From a virus (Duplodnaviria > Caudoviricetes), in the IMG/VR virus record IMGVR_UViG_3300032401_000578, positions 1 through 57,906 of that record: a stretch of 57,906 nucleotides of DNA. One strand, 5' to 3'. The notes beneath the pieces were generated by a model that was not told the DNA's origin, searched no databases, and saw only the letters and a list, made by a program, of their open reading frames with translations. The stretch's first letter is position 1. Each line of letters starts with the position of its first letter. Of this stretch, positions 8,946 to 17,896 are shown piece by piece. A program made the translations under genes and the position numbers.

Positions 8946-9212
8946 TTGAACGCGAAAGGGGCGGGGATGAAGACGGACGCAGAGTGCGGCGAGATCGAAA
9001 CCGCTGGCGAGGTGGCGGCCAAGCGGCGGCCTTCCGGTGTGATCAAACATGAGGGCGTCGCGGCCTTTCGTCGGCATGAGTCGGCGGAGTCCTGTTCGTA
9101 CCCGTCGGGCGGGGAAACCTCGCAGGGGAGGCAGTGGTGGATGCACGGGTTCGTAGCGGCGCAGGTTGTGGCGAGCTGTCGGGCGATGACTCTGGCTGAG
9201 ATGCTCCGGTGA
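8946..9212 (+). CDS. Hypothetical protein
   Basis: Fills the gap between portal and head morphogenesis gene; weak start signals. Confidence 0.3.
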   Translation: MNAKGAGMKTDAECGEIETAGEVAAKRRPSGVIKHEGVAAFRRHESAESCSYPSGGETSQGRQWWMHGFVAAQVVASCRAMTLAEMLR

Positions 9213-9221
9213 AGGAACGAT

Positions 9222-9896
9222 GTGGCTGAACTCGAAGACCGAATGCAGCGTGAGGCGAAGCTGGCGGCGTTGCTGTCCCGCGTGGGGGCGAACCAACGGC
9301 GTGAGCTGGAGAAGCTGCTGGGGAATCCGCCGGACATCCGGAACGTCCCGGAAACGTGGTGGGACGATTCCCAAAAGGAAATCGAGGAAGTCCTGATCGC
9401 GTTGCTGCTGCTGACGTTCGCGGCGTCGGCGTTCGCTCACGGGCTGGACGAAGTGAGGGCGGCGGCACGGGCGGAAGCGTGGGCGAACCGCACGGGGGCG
9501 AGGATCGCGAGGGACATGATCAAGAACACGCGGACTGGCCTCCGGGTGTCGCTGCGTGGAATCGTCGTGGACGGCAAGCCGGTGAGGCTGGCGGATCTCC
9601 GACAAGTGACGGTGCGATGGCTCGGCCCGGCTCGGTGGTCGAACGTCGCGACGACGGAGACGACGCGGGCGCAACACTTCGGGTCTGAATACGGGATCGA
9701 AGAAACCGTCGGGCTGAGCAAGGACGACTACTGGGTCACGTCCGGGGATGCCAAGGTCTGCCCGGTCTGTGCTCCACTGAACGGCACGACGCGGCCGGTG
9801 TGGTCGCGGAAGTTTCCGGGAGGGCCTCCGGAGCCTCACGTGAATTGCCGCTGTTACATCTCCTATGTCGGGGCGGCCGTGAAGGCGTCCCCGTGA
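9222..9896 (+). CDS. Head morphogenesis / minor capsid protein (Mu F / SPP1 gp7-like)
   Basis: ATTETTRA, W....D..VCPVC..LNG, PPEPHVNCRC; AAGGA RBS. Confidence 0.85.
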   Translation: MAELEDRMQREAKLAALLSRVGANQRRELEKLLGNPPDIRNVPETWWDDSQKEIEEVLIALLLLTFAASAFAHGLDEVRAAARAEAWANRTGARIARDMIKNTRTGLRVSLRGIVVDGKPVRLADLRQVTVRWLGPARWSNVATTETTRAQHFGSEYGIEETVGLSKDDYWVTSGDAKVCPVCAPLNGTTRPVWSRKFPGGPPEPHVNCRCYISYVGAAVKASP

Positions 9897-10026
9897 GATG
9901 GTGGCGACGGACCGGCTGAATCTTTTTTGGAATCGTCGCTTGCGTTCGTTTCGGTTCTCTAGTCGAATCCCTTTGATGTTGGTCAGCAGTCACTCGGATG
10001 ACGCGACACAAACAAACGGAGTCGAT

Positions 10027-11211
10027 ATGAAAACGAAGGCGATGAAGTCGATCAGGACGCAGATGCTCGAAACCGTCGTCAGCGAGAATCTGGCGACGGA
10101 CGCGGTGGACCGGGATGCCGGTATCATTCGCGGGGTGAAGATTCTCGGCCGCGTCTCGAAGAACGGCCGGGTCTACTCAGACAAAGCAATGGACGACGGC
10201 GTCCGTATCTACGAGGGTCTCAAGGTCAACGTGGATCATCCCGACAAGTCGCGGCCGAAGGCGGAGCGTGGATTCTTGGAGGGGTTCGGCGAACTGCGTG
10301 GGGTGACTCGTCGGGATGACGGCGTCTACGGGGATCTCCACTTCCTCAAGAGTCATTCGGCGGCGAGTACCGTCTGCGAGTCGGCGGAGCGGTTCCCGAA
10401 ACAGTTCGGGTTGTCTCACAACGCCGAAGGGGAGACGGTCCGCAGGGATGGCCAGACGGTGGTGGAGTCGCTGACAAGTGCCGTATCGGTGGACATCGTA
10501 GGACGCCCGGCAACGAACGAGGGGATCTTTGAGTCGGTCGATGCCGACAAGGGGGCGACAGTGGTCAAAACGTCGATTCGGAAGCTGGTTGAGTCCGGCA
10601 AATGTGCGATCTATAAGGCGAAACATCTCGTGGAGATGGAAGGCGGCGACTCTGCTTTGATGGATGCTCCCTACAACATGCCGATGCCGATGTCGAACGA
10701 TGGCATGGAAGTGGAGGCGAACCCGGACGAGGCAATCGCGGACGCCTTCGAGCAGGCGGTGGCGGCGGTGGTCAAGGACGAGTCGCTGGACATCGCGGCC
10801 AAGATGGCGCGAATCGAAGAGATACTGACGGCTCACGAAACCCTCAAGAGCGGTGCAGCGGTTCCAGCGGAACCGGTGGCGGCCGATGTGCCGGTCGCGG
10901 AGTCGGTCGTTCTGGAGTCGATCAAGGGCCTCCGGTCGCTGATCGAATCGCAGTCTGTCAAGAACGCCGAACTCTCGGCCCGGTTGACGCTGATGGAATC
11001 GCGACGGGAGGTGAAGCCGGAGCGTGTGAGGGCGTTGGTCGAGGCGAAGGACGACGCGCACCGGTCGCTGTTGTTGGAGTCGTGGCCGCTTGTAGCGGGT
11101 CCGGCGAAACCGGCGACGTCCCGGCCGTTGATGGAATCAGCCGGGGCCAGCAAGCCAGCGGGCGACGCCAAGGGGTTCATGCAACGCATCAAGTCCAGCG
11201 GAAACATCTGA
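10027..11211 (+). CDS. Prohead protease / scaffold fusion
   Basis: GVKILG..SKNGRVY, VNVDHP, FGLSHNA, SVDIVGRPAT then acidic helical tail; located upstream of the capsid gene. Confidence 0.75.
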   Translation: MKTKAMKSIRTQMLETVVSENLATDAVDRDAGIIRGVKILGRVSKNGRVYSDKAMDDGVRIYEGLKVNVDHPDKSRPKAERGFLEGFGELRGVTRRDDGVYGDLHFLKSHSAASTVCESAERFPKQFGLSHNAEGETVRRDGQTVVESLTSAVSVDIVGRPATNEGIFESVDADKGATVVKTSIRKLVESGKCAIYKAKHLVEMEGGDSALMDAPYNMPMPMSNDGMEVEANPDEAIADAFEQAVAAVVKDESLDIAAKMARIEEILTAHETLKSGAAVPAEPVAADVPVAESVVLESIKGLRSLIESQSVKNAELSARLTLMESRREVKPERVRALVEAKDDAHRSLLLESWPLVAGPAKPATSRPLMESAGASKPAGDAKGFMQRIKSSGNI

Positions 11212-11269
11212 CCGGCAGCAGCCGGACGCAGTCGATTGTTCAATTCAAACCGTTAGAGGAGTGATAAAG

Positions 11270-11980
11270 ATGAACGTGGTCCCAAGGGCACAGGCGACGA
11301 GAGAGCGACAGTTCTACGGATTCTTCGATGACTTCCTTTGGTACGTGATTACGCACCTTTGGACGTCGTTGAAGGCTGACACGAACACGACAATGGACAT
11401 TGACGCCAGCTATGCGGGCGGTCGGGTTCTGTTGTACGGGTTGACAGCGGATAACGACGAAGTGGCAATCGGGACGACTCAGAAGAACTTCAAGGACTTG
11501 GCTGACAAGCCGATGGTGTATGAGGCCCGCATCCAGTTCGCGGAAGGATCGACGAACAAGCTGAACGTGCTGGCGGGGTTCTGCTCAGTGCTGACATCCG
11601 CGAACACGCTTGTGGACAACGGGGGCGGCGTGGTCACGACCAACGACGGCCACTACATCTACAAGGTGGACGGCGAAACCGTGTGGCGTTGCGGGTCGAG
11701 CCGTGGCACGACCCAGTATTCAACGACCAGCGGAACGACCGCAGGCGGATCGGCTGCGCAGACTCTGCGGATCGAAACGCAACCGGAAGACGCGACGACT
11801 TGCACGACCCGGTACTACGTGGATGACGTCCAACTGGCGGACGCGAACGGCGTCCCGATTGTTCACACGTTGCTTCTGGCATCGGCGGCCGCGATGCAGG
11901 CTGGCGTCGCGATGAAGATCGGCTCGGCCGCTGCCGAGTCGGTTTACGTGGATTACGTTTCGGCCTATCAACTCCGCTGA
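11270..11980 (+). CDS. Putative head decoration / cement protein
   Basis: Beta-rich Thr/Gly/Ala protein between scaffold and major capsid; strong GAGGAG RBS. Confidence 0.55.
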   Translation: MNVVPRAQATRERQFYGFFDDFLWYVITHLWTSLKADTNTTMDIDASYAGGRVLLYGLTADNDEVAIGTTQKNFKDLADKPMVYEARIQFAEGSTNKLNVLAGFCSVLTSANTLVDNGGGVVTTNDGHYIYKVDGETVWRCGSSRGTTQYSTTSGTTAGGSAAQTLRIETQPEDATTCTTRYYVDDVQLADANGVPIVHTLLLASAAAMQAGVAMKIGSAAAESVYVDYVSAYQLR

Positions 11981-12033
11981 CCCGCTCCGGCGGTGATCGA
12001 ATCTATTCAACCAAGCAACACGAAAGGTCGATA

Positions 12034-13215
12034 ATGCTGAACATCAAGAATCTGAAGAGAGAGCATTTGGCTCACGTCCGAGACGGCAACGAAGACAAGT
12101 TCTTCGAGCTGTTTCAGGAGGGACTCGACTCGAAGCAAATCACGTTGAAGGACGTTTCGCTGCGAGAAATCGCGGAGTCGTTCATTGACGGCGGTCACGA
12201 AGCCGTGATGAGCTGGAACCCGCGATATGGCGGTCATGGCGGCGTGACGATGAAGCTGTTGGAAGAATCCGGTGCGGTCACGTCCGGGGGCTTCTCTCGG
12301 ATCACTGGCCAGTTGCTGGTGACGTCGATCATGCAGGCGTACGACATGGAAGAGAACGTCTTTTCCAACGTTATCCCTACGGAATCGACCCAACTGAACG
12401 GGCAGAAAATTCCGGGCATCAGCCGGATCGGCGACGAGGGCACGACCGTCGGCGAAGGCATGGCGTACCCGGTCGCTGGTGTGTCTGAGGACTACATCGA
12501 AACTCCGCTCACGACCAAAAGCGGGTTGATGGTTCACGTCACGAAAGAGGCAATCTTTTTCGATTTGACCGGCCAATTGCAAAACCGATGTTCCGAAGTC
12601 GGCGAGATGCTCGCGATCAACAAGGAGAAGCGGTTGATCGACTGCGTTATCGACGAGAACCGGACCGCACACCGGTACAAGTGGAAAGGCACGTCTTACG
12701 CGACCTACCAGACTTCGACTCCCTACATCAACAGCAAGACGAGCAATGCGTTGGTGGACTGGACCAACGTCGATGCGGCGGAGCTGATGTTCAATCAATT
12801 GACGGACCCTTACACGGGCGAGCCGATCATGGTGAACCCAAAGCATCTGGTGGTGACTCGCCAGAATTTGCGGACTGCCCAACGAATCCTGACCGCAACT
12901 CAGGTGACGACTACGACTCCGGGCTTCGCTACTTCTGGCAACCCGAACGCGGTCAATTGGGCGAATCCGATCTCCGGATACCAGATCCTCAGTTCGGCAC
13001 AATTGGCGGCTCGGCTCGGGACCGACACGAGCTGGTTCCTCGGTGACTTGACCAAGGCGTTCCGGTACATGGAAAACTGGCCGATCACTGTCGTGCAGGC
13101 TCCGGCCAACTCGGAAGCTGAGTTCACTCTGGACGTGGTCTACCGCGTCAAGGCGAGCGAACGCGGTGCGGCTTCGACGTGGGAGCCGAGGCAAATAGTC
13201 AAGAACGCTGCATGA
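12034..13215 (+). CDS. Major capsid protein (Mu gpT-like, HK97 fold)
   Basis: 393 aa; VGEGMAYP, TKEAIFFDLTG, DPYTGEPI...PKHLVV, WFLGD; position. Confidence 0.85.
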   Translation: MLNIKNLKREHLAHVRDGNEDKFFELFQEGLDSKQITLKDVSLREIAESFIDGGHEAVMSWNPRYGGHGGVTMKLLEESGAVTSGGFSRITGQLLVTSIMQAYDMEENVFSNVIPTESTQLNGQKIPGISRIGDEGTTVGEGMAYPVAGVSEDYIETPLTTKSGLMVHVTKEAIFFDLTGQLQNRCSEVGEMLAINKEKRLIDCVIDENRTAHRYKWKGTSYATYQTSTPYINSKTSNALVDWTNVDAAELMFNQLTDPYTGEPIMVNPKHLVVTRQNLRTAQRILTATQVTTTTPGFATSGNPNAVNWANPISGYQILSSAQLAARLGTDTSWFLGDLTKAFRYMENWPITVVQAPANSEAEFTLDVVYRVKASERGAASTWEPRQIVKNAA

Positions 13216-13291
13216 ACGGTGTGAGGCGATGGGTTCCGGTCGCGTAAGCCGGAGCGGTGCAAATCTCGGTTCAACGCGGGGGGTGGTTGTG

Positions 13292-13534
13292 ATGGCGAAA
13301 CTCAAAAATCCGGACGCTGGTCTGGAGTCGGAGAAGGCGGACGCGGGTCCGGTGGAGACGGAAGCCGTGGGTACGATCCGCAGCTACTCGGTTCGGCAAC
13401 GGACTGAGCCGGAGGGAGCGGCCGTTGTGGTCGAGTCTCCAGACGGGACGCCAGAGGACGCTGTGCGGATGTTCAACGCTCGGCGTGGCGGAGAGATTCG
13501 GACGATGAAGCAGTTGATTCTGGTTCAAATCTGA
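13292..13534 (+). CDS. Hypothetical protein following the capsid gene
   Basis: ORF ends just before a terminator. Confidence 0.55.
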   Translation: MAKLKNPDAGLESEKADAGPVETEAVGTIRSYSVRQRTEPEGAAVVVESPDGTPEDAVRMFNARRGGEIRTMKQLILVQI

Positions 13535-13557
13535 GGCGGTCGATGACGACGCGAACG

Positions 13558-13591
13558 AACGGCCCCGGCGAAAGTCGGGGCCGTTTCGTTT
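13558..13591 (+). terminator. Intrinsic terminator after the head operon
   Basis: AACGGCCCCGGC-GAAA-GTCGGGGCCGTT followed by TCGTTT. Confidence 0.75.
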
Positions 13592-13678
13592 GATGGTGGC
13601 ATCTTTACAGATCGGCGGGGCGGCGGTACGGTGTTGGAAGGTGACTGGGCACGGTGACGAAACACGAAAGGGAATCCG

Positions 13679-14059
13679 ATGAGCGACGAACTGGACAAGC
13701 AGGCTAGGGCATGTGCGGCCCGCGTACCGGCGAACGTCGGGCTGGACCCGATTACAATCGTCACGATTCTGACGCAGGTTCTGCCGCTGCTGATGTCGTG
13801 CTTCCAGCGGAACGATGAGCCGTCTCCGGCTGCGATGCGGGCGAACGTGAAGGCTCAACAGACGCGGGCGCCGGAACAGTTGCGACGACGGACGGCCCGT
13901 AGGGTCCGGGGCGACGCAGACGTTCCGATGACGAAGTTTGAGTCGTTCATGCTGGCGGACGCGGTGATAGCGGAGTGTTGCGAGACGGACGACTCAACCG
14001 TGGTGTCTCTGGCGATGGCGTGCGGGATCACGGAACAGGCGGCCAGTTCGGTCGAGTGA
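13679..14059 (+). CDS. Hypothetical protein with hydrophobic helix
   Basis: AAGGGA RBS; LDPITIVTILTQVLPLLMSC. Confidence 0.65.
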   Translation: MSDELDKQARACAARVPANVGLDPITIVTILTQVLPLLMSCFQRNDEPSPAAMRANVKAQQTRAPEQLRRRTARRVRGDADVPMTKFESFMLADAVIAECCETDDSTVVSLAMACGITEQAASSVE

Positions 14060-14082
14060 AGCTTCAACTCAGGGGGTGCGAC

Positions 14083-15072
14083 GTGGAAGAGGTGAAACCG
14101 GCGAAGGACGTGGTGGTGGTGAGCAAGCTGGATCAATGGAAATGGTTCGTGACGCCCGCGACACTCCTCTTGCTGGCGATTGCGGTTCAGCTCGGGTGGC
14201 TCACGCAAGGCGAGGCGGACAAGATCAAGCCGTTGGTCGTGGTGGCTCAGGCGGACGTGGAGACGAAGCCGGTCGGTCCTGTCAAGCCGGTTGAGCCGAT
14301 CGTGGTGGCGCAGGTCACTAAGGACATCGACTGGAAGGCGATCATCGACCGGTGGGTTCCGATCATTATCGACCAGTTGAAGCCGAAACCGGAGCCGGAC
14401 CCGAAACCAAAACCGGACCCGAAACCTGAACCGACTCCGCCGCTTCCGTCCGACTCGACGATCAAGATCACGGACGAAACCGGAAAGACGGTCACGGCGG
14501 CGACGGTCGATTCCGGGTCGTTGTTCCTCGCGACGGCGACGGGGAATATCGGCTGGCAATCGTCGCGGCATGGCTCGGTGCGGCTGGTGACGCTTCCGAA
14601 CAATCTCGGCTACGCGTTCAGTCTCGACGCGGGGGCGTGGGTCGAGTTCTTCCTGACGGATTACACGGCGAAGACGCAAACGAGTCTGAGGGTCACGGCG
14701 AATCACGGGCCGATGCCTCCTCCTCAGCCGGAACCAAGGCCGGAGCCAAGACCGGAACCAAGGCCGGAACCGGCAACGAACAGGGTGCTGGGGTTGGTGG
14801 TGTTCGCGGACTTGTCGGAGCGGAGCCCGGAGTACGCGAGCCTGATGGCGTCCAAGTACTGGCAAACTCTGAGCGACAGGCACCGGGTCGCGATCTACAC
14901 GCGGACGACGAATGAGGCGGTGGGCAAGGCGTTCTTGGCGGAGACGGCCGGGGCGAAAGGTGCGACTCTGTTGATCCGGGACGATACCGTATCGGCCAAG
15001 CTCGCAGTGGTCCCGCTACCGAAAACGGAGGCGGAGTTCGAGGCGGCAATTAAGGCTTGGAGTTCGCGATAA
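14083..15072 (+). CDS. Membrane-anchored protein with Pro-rich linkers
   Basis: N-terminal TM segment; PKPEPDPKPKPDPKPEP and (PEPR)n repeats. Confidence 0.7.
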   Translation: MEEVKPAKDVVVVSKLDQWKWFVTPATLLLLAIAVQLGWLTQGEADKIKPLVVVAQADVETKPVGPVKPVEPIVVAQVTKDIDWKAIIDRWVPIIIDQLKPKPEPDPKPKPDPKPEPTPPLPSDSTIKITDETGKTVTAATVDSGSLFLATATGNIGWQSSRHGSVRLVTLPNNLGYAFSLDAGAWVEFFLTDYTAKTQTSLRVTANHGPMPPPQPEPRPEPRPEPRPEPATNRVLGLVVFADLSERSPEYASLMASKYWQTLSDRHRVAIYTRTTNEAVGKAFLAETAGAKGATLLIRDDTVSAKLAVVPLPKTEAEFEAAIKAWSSR

Positions 15073-15872
15073 TGGTGGACGTGATCGTTGACGAAAGAGG
15101 CTTCGAGCGGCGGTGTGGTTCGCTGCCGATGCCGGTGAACCGGGTGTGCAGTCTACCGCCGTTCGGGAGCGATCCGAACATGCCGCTTTGGACGGAGGCC
15201 GAGATCAAGGCCGTCGTGACGAGGTCGGACCGGGAGAAGTCGCGGGACTTGTTCGGCCCGGAGTGGATTCTCGACCAGCTTTCCTACGGGAGCTGCAACG
15301 GGCACGCTTTGGCCGGATGCGGGGCAAGGACGCGGTTCGTCGGTGGACGGAGGGACGGGCTGCTGTTCAGCGGGGCGTATTCCTACTCCAAGATGAACGG
15401 AGGCCGCGACAACGGAAGCGTGATTCTCGACGACATCGACGTAGCCCAACGGGACGGGTTCGCGCCGTTGTCACTCGTTTCAGCGACAATGATCTACCCG
15501 AAGAATCAACCGGCGGACGCGGACGAGGAAGCGGCCAAGTACAAGGGGCTGGAGTGCTACGCCTTGATGGGGTTGATGGCGTTGCGAACGGCGTTGGCCT
15601 GTCGGATCCCGTGCATCGTCGCAGTGATGGCTGGGAACAATTTCGCCCGACTCAATGGCGGGGTCTGTGGAATCGACAACGGCTCCGGAAACCATGCGGT
15701 TCTCGTGGACGACGTGCTTTGGGACGGGACGCAGTGGCTCTACGACATGGCGAATAGCTGGGGCACGAAGTACGGCGACGGCGGACGCGGCTACTTGACG
15801 GACGGGCACTTCAAGCAGACGTTCGGGCCTCATTCCTTTGTGGCGGTCCCGGCGTTTGACGAACTGAGGTAA
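15072..15872 (+). CDS. Papain-like (C1 family) cysteine peptidase
   Basis: DQ..YGSC (Gln/Cys), NHAV (His), ANSWG..YG..GRG (Asn) catalytic motifs. Confidence 0.9.
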   Translation: MVDVIVDERGFERRCGSLPMPVNRVCSLPPFGSDPNMPLWTEAEIKAVVTRSDREKSRDLFGPEWILDQLSYGSCNGHALAGCGARTRFVGGRRDGLLFSGAYSYSKMNGGRDNGSVILDDIDVAQRDGFAPLSLVSATMIYPKNQPADADEEAAKYKGLECYALMGLMALRTALACRIPCIVAVMAGNNFARLNGGVCGIDNGSGNHAVLVDDVLWDGTQWLYDMANSWGTKYGDGGRGYLTDGHFKQTFGPHSFVAVPAFDELR

Positions 15873-15875
15873 ACC

Positions 15876-16625
15876 ATGCGATTGACGTGGGTCTGTGTCG
15901 CTGTGGCGGCGTTGGTGTGGGGATCGTGTGGAATGGCCGGGGAACGGCCGACTCCTCCGGCTGGTGTCTGCTACAGCGACGCGACCAGTGGGACTCCGGC
16001 GGCGGCCCCGACTCCTTTGGCGGAGGTCGTGCGAGTGCTGGCGTTGCTGCCGGAACCGAAGGTTGCCTACGCGGATCTCGGTTGTGGCGATGGTCGCTGG
16101 TTGTTCGCGGCGGCGGAGCGGTGGCCGGGCGTGAGGATCATCGGGGTCGAGTTGGACCCGGTCACGGCGGCGGCGACGCGGGACCAAGTGCGGCGAGCTG
16201 GGTTGGCGGATCGCGTCACGGTCATCACGGGTGACGCGACTCAGGTTGACGTCCAAGTTGACGTGGCGACGGCGTATCTCTACGCGGACGTTCTGGAGCA
16301 ACTGAGGCCACGGTTGGAGAAGCTGCGGGCGTTCGCGTCCTACTTGCACAGACCGCCGGGGCTGCCGGTCGTGCGGAATGGTGACTCGTGGTTCTACACT
16401 CAACCGACTCCGCAGGCGGCGGTGTGGAACGGGAGGACGTTCACGTCTGCGGTGTGCAGCGATCCGAACTGTGCGATGTGCCGGTCAATCCGGGCACAGC
16501 TCTCGGTGGCGGTGTCGGTCGCGGCTCCGGAGCCTACCAAGGCGGCGTCCGGGAAGTGGGTGCGAACGAAGGTCTGCAACGGCCGGGCGTGCTGGTTCGA
16601 GGATCGCTGGGTTCCGGCGCAATGA
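15876..16625 (+). CDS. Signal-peptide-bearing class I SAM methyltransferase with Cys-rich tail
   Basis: Hydrophobic N-terminus; ADLGCGDGR, IGVELDP, GDA; C-terminal CSDPNCAMC and VCNGRAC. Confidence 0.8.
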   Translation: MRLTWVCVAVAALVWGSCGMAGERPTPPAGVCYSDATSGTPAAAPTPLAEVVRVLALLPEPKVAYADLGCGDGRWLFAAAERWPGVRIIGVELDPVTAAATRDQVRRAGLADRVTVITGDATQVDVQVDVATAYLYADVLEQLRPRLEKLRAFASYLHRPPGLPVVRNGDSWFYTQPTPQAAVWNGRTFTSAVCSDPNCAMCRSIRAQLSVAVSVAAPEPTKAASGKWVRTKVCNGRACWFEDRWVPAQ

Positions 16626-16705
16626 CTCGGCTTTCGCGAATCGGCCGAACGGATATGATCCGCCAGCGGACGTTCGGCGGATCGAATTAAACGGGGGGGG
16701 CGACG

Positions 16706-17011
16706 ATGCGAATCAACACTGTCGGGACGATCTATCACGGGTCGCTGGGCTCCATCGGGGCGACGGCTCTCCAGTTGACGGCGACGAGTCGGAGGCTGCT
16801 TCGAGGGGTGCGAGTTAAAGCGAGCGTCGAGAATGCGGCGACTCATGTCTACGTCGGGCTGGTCGGTGTGACGGCGGGGATCAGTGCTGCCGCGACGGAC
16901 GGATTTCAGCTAGGAAAAAACGAGGAAATTCTGATTGAGATCGACGATCCTTCAAAGCTGTACGTGATCTCAGATTCGACGGGTCAAGCCGTCACATGGT
17001 TGGGGTGCTAA
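16706..17011 (+). CDS. Small virion-associated hypothetical protein
   Basis: Compact beta-rich ORF abutting the head-tail genes. Confidence 0.6.
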   Translation: MRINTVGTIYHGSLGSIGATALQLTATSRRLLRGVRVKASVENAATHVYVGLVGVTAGISAAATDGFQLGKNEEILIEIDDPSKLYVISDSTGQAVTWLGC

Positions 17012-17236
17012 ATGCCAACGATTGCAGAAAACCTCGCGACGGCGAAGGCGAACTACGCGGCGACGCTGGCGAGTATCTCAGCTTCGCCGAAGCCGACTTA
17101 CTCGATTGATGGACGATCCTACTCGTGGGTCGAGTACCAGAAGTTCCTTTTGGAGCAGATGGCTGCCATCGACAAGCAAACGGCGTCCGAGTCCGGTTCG
17201 GATACGTTCGAGGGTGTTGTCTTCGGGGGGACGTGA
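17012..17236 (+). CDS. Head-tail joining protein (lambda gpW-like)
   Basis: 74 aa helix - YSIDGRSYS hairpin - helix pattern. Confidence 0.6.
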   Translation: MPTIAENLATAKANYAATLASISASPKPTYSIDGRSYSWVEYQKFLLEQMAAIDKQTASESGSDTFEGVVFGGT

Positions 17237-17574
17237 TGGCAGTCGATCATGCGACAGAGTACCTTGTCTGGGACGACGTCGAAGCCGGGTCGGTCGTTCT
17301 CAAAAGGAACGCTGGCAACACGACAGTCTCAATTGCGGTCATGCTCCGGGAAGAACTGACGTCAGCGGACGGAACCGTGGATGGCGTCGGGGTGGACGCG
17401 AAGGCGATTCGGTTCGTGGTTCCGAACGCTCTGCTGAATCCGACGGCACTCGGCCGGGTCATCAAGCGGAACGACGTGATCGTGGGTGCGGACGCAATCC
17501 GCTACCAAGTGCTGTCCGTGGACACGGTGTTCGCGGGTGCAGAATGGTCTTGCGTGACTACTCCGGAGCGATGA
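17236..17574 (+). CDS. Putative head closure / head-tail connector
   Basis: TGATG coupling to the gpW-like gene; size and beta-rich composition. Confidence 0.5.
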   Translation: MAVDHATEYLVWDDVEAGSVVLKRNAGNTTVSIAVMLREELTSADGTVDGVGVDAKAIRFVVPNALLNPTALGRVIKRNDVIVGADAIRYQVLSVDTVFAGAEWSCVTTPER

Positions 17575-17575
17575 G

Positions 17576-17896
17576 ATGAGCCAAGACGAGCTTGAGGCGG
17601 GCGGGACGGTAGTTCACACGACGGCGGAGCTGGACGCCGCAGTCGAGGCGTGGGTGGCTCCAGCGGTGGATCCGGTGGTAGCTGCGGTCGAGGTCAAGCC
17701 GGTGCGAACGTGGTGGCAAGTCACGTCGCGGGGCCGTGCGATCTGGTGCGGCCCGGCGTGGGACGGGACGGAGGCGGCGGCGATGGCGTCCAAAGCGTAC
17801 TGCCTGAACGAGCCGAGTCGGTTCAAGCTGACATCGGAACCGATTGAAAAGCCTAAAAAGGGTGTGAACTATGCATTGGGCAGACGCGGTACGTGA
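17576..17896 (+). CDS. Hypothetical protein
   Basis: Tightly packed ORF within the operon. Confidence 0.55.
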   Translation: MSQDELEAGGTVVHTTAELDAAVEAWVAPAVDPVVAAVEVKPVRTWWQVTSRGRAIWCGPAWDGTEAAAMASKAYCLNEPSRFKLTSEPIEKPKKGVNYALGRRGT

